DNA from: a virus
Length of the DNA stretch: 64,000 nucleotides
Reading direction: 5' to 3' (one strand)
IMG/VR virus record: IMGVR_UViG_3300025174_000005
Part shown: one piece after another, positions 57,845 to 64,000 of the stretch
How the letters are laid out: the number at the start of each line of letters is the position of its first letter
How positions within the stretch are numbered: the first letter of the stretch is position 1
Position numbers and translations under genes: made by a program
Notes under the pieces: model-generated
The model's database searches: none
What the model was told of the DNA's origin: nothing
What the model saw: the letters and a program-made list of their open reading frames with translations, nothing else

Positions 57845-58038
57845 TTTTTCTACGGAAGATGAGAGTGGGCGGGTAGGATATCTACCACCTGCCCTTTTCT
57901 GTTCGTGGGGAAGATAAGTCTGTGGATGACAGGGTGTTTTGCATACGGTGTGCAAGCATCCTGTTATGTATCTTGGTAAGACCACCTAAGTTTGTATTGT
58001 TTAGGTGGATATTATGGATAAAGAAAGGAAGTGTAAAT

Positions 58039-58416
58039 ATGTTTATTAATATCAGCAACCACCCATATGGGAAATGGTCAATAGAACAAAGAGAAGGGGT
58101 AAAAGGGGATATATTAGATATGCCGTTTCCGCAAGTTGACCCCTCCTTAGACAAGGAGGGGATTAGTAAGTTAGCTATGGATATGATGTATCAGATAGGA
58201 GAGATCCTTGATATTAAGGGGTTATCCCCCTCTCAAGTAATCCTCCATGTAATGGGGGAACAATCGTTATTTTATACTTTAACTCATATGTGTAAAGAGT
58301 TAGGGTATAAAGTAGTAGTATCTACCTCCCGCCGCGAGGCGGTAGAGAAAATATTGACGGATGGTACGGTCGAAAAGACCGCCATCTTTAAATTTATTCA
58401 ATTTAGGGAGGTGTAG
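58039..58416 (+). CDS. Csx20-like CRISPR-associated Rossmann/CARF-type protein, putative cyclic oligoadenylate ring nuclease
   Basis: Start set at MFINISNHP (GAAAGGAAG RBS). N-terminal S-N-H-P..W..EQ, DMPFP.VDP, HVMGE, and C-terminal STSRREAVE....DGTVEKTAIFKFIQFR match the Csx20-type ATTxR..vE..DG.V....F.(H/F)V.FR pattern as I recall it. Confidence 0.7.
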   Translation: MFINISNHPYGKWSIEQREGVKGDILDMPFPQVDPSLDKEGISKLAMDMMYQIGEILDIKGLSPSQVILHVMGEQSLFYTLTHMCKELGYKVVVSTSRREAVEKILTDGTVEKTAIFKFIQFREV

Positions 58417-58420
58417 AAGT

Positions 58421-58642
58421 ATGATAAAAAGCAAAATTAGATATTTTGAAACGGTCTCCGAAGAGGAGATCGTTCGTCACGAGCTCCATCAGAAGCTCGC
58501 TCAGGGGTATGTATTATCCCCTGAAGAACAGGGGATGTTGGAGGAAAGGTTTGATCATCTTCGGCTTCCAGCCGAAGATAAGTTTAATAAGGTGGTTGGT
58601 GCGCTCGAACAGGAGCGCACAAAAAGAAAGGATATGTGGTAA
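58421..58642 (+). CDS. Hypothetical protein (73 aa) in the repeat-flanked cassette
   Basis: GGGAGGTG RBS before MIKSKIRY. Confidence 0.65.
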   Translation: MIKSKIRYFETVSEEEIVRHELHQKLAQGYVLSPEEQGMLEERFDHLRLPAEDKFNKVVGALEQERTKRKDMW

Positions 58643-58646
58643 AACA

Positions 58647-58829
58647 ATGAATTTATATGAAGTTACAATAGTTTATCCTGTAACATTTACGGTAAAAGCA
58701 AATAATTTTTCATCTGCAGAAAGTATTGCTCTTGAATACTCTGATAGAGTATTTGAATCTTCTTCAATATCTCCAGTTCTCTCGTCTATAAACATTTCTG
58801 AAAAAGAAGGGAAGGGTATCAATGAATAA
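58647..58829 (+). CDS. Hypothetical protein (60 aa) in the repeat-flanked cassette
   Basis: MNLYEVTIVYPVTFTVKANNFSSAESIALEY, a common small phage beta-alpha pattern; AAAGGA upstream. Confidence 0.6.
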   Translation: MNLYEVTIVYPVTFTVKANNFSSAESIALEYSDRVFESSSISPVLSSINISEKEGKGINE

Positions 58830-58834
58830 ATTAA

Positions 58835-58871
58835 GTTTCAATCCCTTATTAATCAGGTCTCATTTTTCTAC
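58835..58871. CRISPR. Solitary CRISPR-type repeat unit 2
   Basis: GTTTCAATCCCTTATTAATCAGGTCTCATTTTTCTAC; 35/37 identical to unit 1, same orientation, both intergenic. Confidence 0.7.
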
Positions 58872-58911
58872 TGTTGATGGTGCTGTTAACGGAAGAATAG
58901 GAGGTTAAATC

Positions 58912-59154
58912 ATGAAATGGTTAGTACCTTTATTATTCGTAGTGATGGGTTGGTTGATATTGAAGATAGGAGGTAAAGATGATCCTCTTGGGAAAGGGAT
59001 AGGAATATTTATGTTAATAGTGGGATGTATTATGTTTGGGTGGATTATTTGCCCCCACCTAGTACTTCTAGTACTAGGTATACTGATAATAGCGGGTATG
59101 TATAAAGCGATTCAAAATATATTAGGTTCTGTTTCAAGAAAGGGTGGTGTATAA
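58912..59154 (+). CDS. Small multi-TM membrane protein
   Basis: GGAGG RBS; three hydrophobic segments. Confidence 0.7.
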   Translation: MKWLVPLLFVVMGWLILKIGGKDDPLGKGIGIFMLIVGCIMFGWIICPHLVLLVLGILIIAGMYKAIQNILGSVSRKGGV

Positions 59155-59157
59155 GAC

Positions 59158-59376
59158 ATGCTTTGTGAGATTTGCGCGATAGGTGAGGTTTTTTCTAACA
59201 ATATATGTATGGATTGTTATGAAGGATTTAAGGGAATTTGTATTATGTGTGATAATAAGTTGAAAGGAGAGTATGATATAGGTGCTTGTGAAGAATGTAG
59301 GTATGAGACCGCCAAACAACTGTCTCCCACTAGACAGACAGATATGGCAGAGAAAGCAGAGAAAAAGGAGGAATAG
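59158..59376 (+). CDS. Small protein with four CxxC motifs
   Basis: CEIC, CMDC, CIMC, CEEC. Confidence 0.65.
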   Translation: MLCEICAIGEVFSNNICMDCYEGFKGICIMCDNKLKGEYDIGACEECRYETAKQLSPTRQTDMAEKAEKKEE

Positions 59377-59379
59377 ATC

Positions 59380-59661
59380 ATGTTAACAGCTGATAAACAG
59401 GCAGAAGCAATATTACTGATGGAACATACTAAGTTGGGGCATATAGTATTAACCATAGAATGTTCCAACGGCAACCATATAGGTCTAGTATTGCTAGAAG
59501 GTAGCCAGTGGATACTTGATCGTAAGCTGGCACAGGTTCATGATTTAGAGCATAATAAAACATATGAATTATGGCGCTGCAAGTCATGTAAAATTACAGA
59601 ACATATTTATTCTATAGGCGACCCATGTTGTGAAATAAGATATAGAAAGGGAAGTGATTAA
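59380..59661 (+). CDS. Hypothetical protein
   Basis: AAGGAGG RBS; CKSC motif. Confidence 0.6.
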   Translation: MLTADKQAEAILLMEHTKLGHIVLTIECSNGNHIGLVLLEGSQWILDRKLAQVHDLEHNKTYELWRCKSCKITEHIYSIGDPCCEIRYRKGSD

Positions 59662-59944
59662 CACGGATATAAGATTACATGATGGAGAACTTCAATCCCT
59701 ACTATTTCGTTGGTTTAATATCAAAGAAGAAGACAGATATTCCACCAACTTCTATATTAGTTTTTCACCTGTCTTTGCTGGTGGTTTAAGTGCATTAAAT
59801 AGTTGTGTTAAAAATACCGAACTATGTTTTAACGCACCCAATAAGGACGAACCATCATGGGCTAATGGTGTACAATTGGAGTTTCAAATATATAAAGATT
59901 TCGAAGTGAAAGTACATAAGCTTGGGAAGGGAAAGAGTAAGTAA
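59654..59944 (+). CDS. Hypothetical protein
   Basis: Overlaps the previous gene; AAAGGGAAG RBS. Confidence 0.55.
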   Translation: MINTDIRLHDGELQSLLFRWFNIKEEDRYSTNFYISFSPVFAGGLSALNSCVKNTELCFNAPNKDEPSWANGVQLEFQIYKDFEVKVHKLGKGKSK

Positions 59945-59976
59945 GTTTCAATACGCTATGGATATGAAAGGAAAAG

Positions 59977-60264
59977 ATGGTGTTAAAAATCAATACAGCT
60001 CTTCTATTGGCACTAGGCGCTCAACAATATGATATAAATACATATAACCGCCTTATGATGCCAGCAAAAGATAAAACGAATATCTATAAGATTCTTGAGT
60101 ATGTAAAAAAAATGCCACCTATTGATGAATTTGGTAATAATATTCATCATTGGGCATGCTGGTTAGTTGTTGGACTATATCTAAAGATAGAAGATGAAAA
60201 TAAATATGAGTTTTTAAATAGAGCCAAGAATTTACTTGGCTTCCATGATTGGAAGATTAATTAA
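59977..60264 (+). CDS. Hypothetical protein
   Basis: GAAAGGA RBS. Confidence 0.6.
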   Translation: MVLKINTALLLALGAQQYDINTYNRLMMPAKDKTNIYKILEYVKKMPPIDEFGNNIHHWACWLVVGLYLKIEDENKYEFLNRAKNLLGFHDWKIN

Positions 60265-60282
60265 GAACATAGAGGTGTATAA

Positions 60283-60537
60283 ATGGCTAGTGATGATCAA
60301 TTCTTAAAATATGCTAGAGAAAGTATTGAGGAGATGCACTTTAGATTACAGTTTAAACGTTTCTGGTTTCAAGTGTGGGCACATGGAATAGAAGCCGCAA
60401 GACTAGGTATATCACCGTCAGAACATTGTATTCTAAAAATGCTACAACCTCATGAAGTTAAGAGTTATATCTTTGAACATATACATGATAGTGAGGGCAT
60501 TCTCGATGTAATTACTCGCATTAAAAGTTATAGTTAA
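60283..60537 (+). CDS. Hypothetical protein
   Basis: AGAGGTG RBS. Confidence 0.6.
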   Translation: MASDDQFLKYARESIEEMHFRLQFKRFWFQVWAHGIEAARLGISPSEHCILKMLQPHEVKSYIFEHIHDSEGILDVITRIKSYS

Positions 60538-60589
60538 ACTATTATCTTTTAGTCTTTGTTATCTTTTAATCTTAAGGAGGTGTAATGTT

Positions 60590-61459
60590 ATGCTATCTGA
60601 ACCATATAAGGGGCCTACGGGTTCAGGAACAGACGAATTAGGTATTGTGTATTATAGTGCTGTTGATGATGCTGTTAGTAGTGCTGTTGGTAGTGCTGTT
60701 GATGATGCTGTTAGTAGTGCTGTTGGGATAGCTGTTGATAATGCTGTTCGTAGAGCTGTTCGTAATGCTGTTGATAATGCTGTTGATAATGCTGTTCGTG
60801 GTGCTGTTAGTGATGTTGTTAGTGATGTTGTTGATAGTACTGTTGGTGATGCTGTTGGTGGTGCTATTGGTAATGCTGTTCGTCGTGCTGTTAGTAATGC
60901 TGTTGGTAATGCTGTTGGGATAGCTGTTGATGATGCTGTTAGTAGTACTGTTGGTGATGCTGTTGGTAATGCTGTTGGTAATGCTGTTGATAATGCTGTT
61001 AGTAGTGCTGTTGGGATAGCTGTTGATAATGCTGTTGGTAGTGCTGTTTTTAATGCTGTTGGTAATGCTGTTGGTAGGGCTGTTGGTAGTGCTGTTGATA
61101 ATGCTGTTGGTAGTGCTGTTTTTAATGCTGTTGGGATAGCTGTTGATGATGCTGTTCGTAGAGCTGTTCGTAATGCTGTTGATAATGCTGTTCGTGGTGC
61201 TGTTAGTGATGTTGTTAGTGATGTTGTTGATAGTACTGTTGGTGATGCTGTTGGTGGTGCTATTGGTAATGCTGTTCGTCGTGCTGTTAGTAATGCTGTT
61301 GGTAATGCTGTTAATAATGCTGTTAGTATTGCTGTTAGTAATGCTGTTAATGGTGCTGTTAATAGTGCTGTTGATGATGCTGTTCGTAGAGCTGTTGGTC
61401 TAGCTGTTGATAATGCTGTTGGGATAGCTGTTCGTGGTGCTGTTGATGATGCTGTTTAG
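60590..61459 (+). CDS. Protein made almost entirely of AVxx tetrapeptide repeats
   Basis: AAGGAGGTG RBS; 22-aa leader, then about 66 AV(D/G/S/R)(N/D/S/I/G/R) units. Confidence 0.6.
   Translation: MLSEPYKGPTGSGTDELGIVYYSAVDDAVSSAVGSAVDDAVSSAVGIAVDNAVRRAVRNAVDNAVDNAVRGAVSDVVSDVVDSTVGDAVGGAIGNAVRRAVSNAVGNAVGIAVDDAVSSTVGDAVGNAVGNAVDNAVSSAVGIAVDNAVGSAVFNAVGNAVGRAVGSAVDNAVGSAVFNAVGIAVDDAVRRAVRNAVDNAVRGAVSDVVSDVVDSTVGDAVGGAIGNAVRRAVSNAVGNAVNNAVSIAVSNAVNGAVNSAVDDAVRRAVGLAVDNAVGIAVRGAVDDAV
60656..61456 (+). repeat. 12-bp minisatellite GCTGTTNNNNNN with an internal ~165-bp duplication
   Basis: Tandem units; 60743-60916 repeats at 61151-61312, differing by one 12-bp unit. Confidence 0.95.
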
Positions 61460-61476
61460 ATAACACCTTCGCTAGC

Positions 61477-61513
61477 GACGTTGTCAAGACAAACAACGTA
61501 TCTTGACAACGTC
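61477..61513. promoter_or_regulatory. Second copy of the TTGTCAAGA-N11-TCTTGACAA palindromic operator-like element
   Basis: 61481-61509 matches 57262-57290 at 28/29; extended to a 13-bp IR GACGTTGTCAAGA/TCTTGACAACGTC. Confidence 0.75.
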
Positions 61514-61601
61514 TTGCTCGATGTTGTGATAGATTTAAGCGTTAAGCTAAAGCTTAACGCTCTAATTTAAGCCTCGATAGAGGCGAAAGGAGGTTGTCAA
61601 A

Positions 61602-62039
61602 ATGGCAACCAAAAAAGTAGTAGAGAAAGTAGAAAGTAAAGAAGTAACACAAACGGTGGAGAATACCACCGTAAGTTTTATCTATGATAAGGTTCTAATT
61701 GGAACCCTACTTGGTGAAGCAGTAGGGAAATGGAATGCTGGCGAAACATCAGGCAAGTTCAAAGAAAAAATAGAGGGGAAAGAGATAATTAGACCTGCAC
61801 TAGCATATTTGGATTGTATGGCTAGTGCAAATAAAACATCCAAGAAAGGTAATGCGTATAAAGTAGAGTATAAGGTTCGTATCATCGAACCTAATCTTAT
61901 GAAGAATGCTAAGAATCCACAAGTGTTCATAGAACGATTAGGTTTTATGGGTTTTGATGGTAATCGTATGCAATCAACTCCCATAGAACGAGGTATTCTG
62001 ATAAATGGTGAATATGTAGAAATCAGGCAGCATACCTAA
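61602..62039 (+). CDS. Hypothetical early protein
   Basis: GAAAGGAGGT RBS preceded by two hairpins (AGCGTTAAGC/GCTTAACGCT and GCCTC/GAGGC). Confidence 0.7.
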   Translation: MATKKVVEKVESKEVTQTVENTTVSFIYDKVLIGTLLGEAVGKWNAGETSGKFKEKIEGKEIIRPALAYLDCMASANKTSKKGNAYKVEYKVRIIEPNLMKNAKNPQVFIERLGFMGFDGNRMQSTPIERGILINGEYVEIRQHT

Positions 62040-62153
62040 TCTCATGTTTATTCTATATTTCCTAATAAGTTCTTGGCTTGTTATGTTTATATGTGATAAA
62101 ATAAGAGGAAGCTGGAGAGAATAATAGTATAAAAAGAGAGGAGGAAATATAAA

Positions 62154-63431
62154 ATGAAGTTAAGAAAAACAATAACGAAATTAACAGACAATGAAAAATC
62201 TCTTATGAAACCATTTGCTGATAAGTGGATTCAAGACACCTTAGCACCCCAAGGAGCTAATAGAGAAAGAGTAGAAAAAGGAATAGTTGACTGCTATAGA
62301 TTTGCAGGACTTGAACCACCCAAACACATAGTATGGGTTAAATCACCAACTCAGTTGGTTGTAGTTGGACCAACAATTGCTTTATTAATTGAATTAAGTA
62401 AAAAGATATCTACAAATAATGATATAAAAAATATTAGTAAGACCATTGGTAAAGCTGTTTTTAATGCTGTTCGTAATACTGTTGATAATACTGTTGATAA
62501 TGCTGTTCGTAATGCTGTTGGTAATGCTGTTGGTAATACTGTTGGTAATACTGTTGGTAATACTGTTGGTAATACTGTTGGTAATACTGTTGGTAGGGCT
62601 GTTCGTAATGCTGTTGATAATGCTGTTGATGATGCTGTTCGTAGAGCTGTTGGTAATGCTGTTGATAATGCTGTTGGTAATGCTGTTGGTAATGCTGTTG
62701 ATAATGCTGTTGGTAATGCTGTTGGTGATGCTGTTCGTAGGGCTATCTTAAATATAATAAGTAGATCTTGGAACAATGTTTTAGGTGGAAAATACTGGTC
62801 AGGATGGTGGTGGAGAGGCACTGCCTGCATTTCTTTTATAAGGGATGTATTGGGTTTGGAACTTTCGCAAGAAATAAGATTGAAAAGCCAGGCTTGGGAA
62901 GACCTGATGTCTGGTGGATGGATGTGGCTACATAGAGAGTTTGCAATATGTGCAGAACCACACAACACTATCTCACGCGATACACGAGATAGGTTACACT
63001 CAGATAATGGTCCAGCTATATCATGGTCAGATCATACTGGCTTGTGGTTCTGGCATGGCATTCAAATAGAACAATATATAATAGAAAATCCAGAAACAAT
63101 CACTGTTTCAAAAGTTATTGAGGAGACGAATGCCGAGATTCGCAGAATAATGCTAGACCGTTATATAGGAGGTCCAGGTAAATTCCTACTTGATGCTAAA
63201 GCTCAAGTATTAGATGAAGATCAAGACAGACATGGTCTTAGAACATTATTCAAATTCGACTTGGAAGGAGATGAGCCACTCGTTATGATACGGGTGCATT
63301 GTGTAAGAAAGGATGGTGTTATTGACACATATTTTCTACGTATTGATCCCAAACATACGACATGTAAGAAAGCAATAGCTTCAACATTTAAAAAGCAACA
63401 AAACAACTATCGGCCGATAGTTGAAAGTTAA
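62154..63431 (+). CDS. DUF6745-like protein with an AVxx repeat tract
   Basis: N-terminal W....P.NRERVE.GI..CY..AGL..P..IVW..SP; C-terminal LHSDNGPAISWSD...WFWHG..I...I...NAEIRRIML. Family recalled, not searched. Confidence 0.7.
   Translation: MKLRKTITKLTDNEKSLMKPFADKWIQDTLAPQGANRERVEKGIVDCYRFAGLEPPKHIVWVKSPTQLVVVGPTIALLIELSKKISTNNDIKNISKTIGKAVFNAVRNTVDNTVDNAVRNAVGNAVGNTVGNTVGNTVGNTVGNTVGRAVRNAVDNAVDDAVRRAVGNAVDNAVGNAVGNAVDNAVGNAVGDAVRRAILNIISRSWNNVLGGKYWSGWWWRGTACISFIRDVLGLELSQEIRLKSQAWEDLMSGGWMWLHREFAICAEPHNTISRDTRDRLHSDNGPAISWSDHTGLWFWHGIQIEQYIIENPETITVSKVIEETNAEIRRIMLDRYIGGPGKFLLDAKAQVLDEDQDRHGLRTLFKFDLEGDEPLVMIRVHCVRKDGVIDTYFLRIDPKHTTCKKAIASTFKKQQNNYRPIVES
62454..62741 (+). repeat. 12-bp minisatellite (G/A)CTGTTNNNNNN
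   Basis: About 24 tandem units encoding AV/TV-(G/D/R)-N. Confidence 0.95.
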
Positions 63432-63455
63432 ATTAACAGAAGGAGTGATATATAT

Positions 63456-63878
63456 ATGAAAACAACCAATAATCGCCAAGGTGATGTATTACTAGAAAGC
63501 AGCAGCATCCCTGAGGATGCTCAAAAAATAGCGCCACGGCCAATTGCATTCGGTGAAACAACAGGTCATTCACATAGGCTTGTTGATATTGAAGAGCAGG
63601 ATATGTTTTTGTTTAAAGAAAACATATCTAAAAATAACGGACAATATATCCCAAAAACGAAAGAAGAGTGGAATTTAGAAAATAAGTTATTACATGCACC
63701 ACTATCAGAAAATGTAACTATGTATCAAACAGCCGATGGGACGATGTATCTAAAAATAGATGCATCAGTGATCTTAGTGCACGAAGATCATGCCAACCAT
63801 CTAATTACGCCAGATACAATACTGTATACTCCTCAGTTTGAGTATACACCTCAAGGGCTTAGGAATGTAGCAGACTAA
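63456..63878 (+). CDS. His-rich cupin-like partner protein (RQGDV...GETTGHSH...HEDH)
   Basis: Motifs RQGDVLL, GETTGHSHRL and LVHEDHA; in my recollection this family typically neighbours DUF6745 genes. Confidence 0.65.
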   Translation: MKTTNNRQGDVLLESSSIPEDAQKIAPRPIAFGETTGHSHRLVDIEEQDMFLFKENISKNNGQYIPKTKEEWNLENKLLHAPLSENVTMYQTADGTMYLKIDASVILVHEDHANHLITPDTILYTPQFEYTPQGLRNVAD

Positions 63879-64000
63879 TAAATAGAAATGCAACGTACCA
63901 ACTGACTTCCTTACTAGCCGATCTTGTTAAACTTCCAGGGCTAGGTTTGTTTGTAGAAGAGTTGCAGAACCATCTTAGAGATGTTAAGGAGAGTATATAA

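Noticed and set aside
57808-58871. Conventional CRISPR array
   Set aside because: Only two repeats, 990 bp apart with genes between them. No spacer-length units and no cas1/cas6/cas10 in the window.
60656-62741. Diversity-generating retroelement (TR/VR pair)
   Set aside because: No reverse transcriptase in the window. Differences between copies are unit gains/losses and mixed substitutions, not adenine-specific.
60735-62968. Poly-Leu/Val/Met ORFs (60735, 61143, 62446, also 14772) and the antisense TALP ORF 62351..62968
   Set aside because: Alternative frames of the stop-free 12-bp repeat with no RBS. They overlap better-supported genes.
1-64000. tRNA/rRNA genes, integrase or transposase, inteins, alternative genetic code
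   Set aside because: I saw no T-loop/cloverleaf, recombinase or intein motifs by eye. Long ORFs are intact under code 11. A tRNAscan or Infernal run could still find something I missed.

Overview
This window is about 64 kb of a large tailed dsDNA phage with a contractile tail (myovirus-type, phage G-like gene order), read with the standard genetic code. Positions 1-53.5 kb are one minus-strand morphogenesis block. In transcription order it holds a putative TerS, three Gly-rich proteins, TerL, a stand-alone Clp-type AAA+ ring, a portal with a MuF-like tail, the prohead protease, scaffold, decoration protein and major capsid protein. These are followed by paralogous surface proteins, a patatin, neck proteins, two sheath genes, three tube-like genes, two chaperones, a tape-measure-like protein, a 1242-aa virion-module protein with an intact DEDDy exonuclease, a 2370-aa hub with SLT and M23 domains, and baseplate genes that run off the left edge. 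From about 54.9 kb the strand switches to a hairpin-rich early/accessory region of small genes. The most notable element is a candidate anti-type III CRISPR cassette: a Csx20-like (putative ring nuclease) gene lying between two solitary 37-bp CRISPR-type repeats (35/37 identical, 990 bp apart), with no cas operon or array in the window. Other points of interest are a 12-bp GCTGTTNNNNNN minisatellite used sense in two early genes and antisense in the exonuclease virion gene, a roughly 240-bp mirror-image promoter/RBS palindrome, and a 10-bp duplication that frameshifts a small gene. All family assignments come from motif recognition by eye; no database searches were run. The host cannot be determined from this window.
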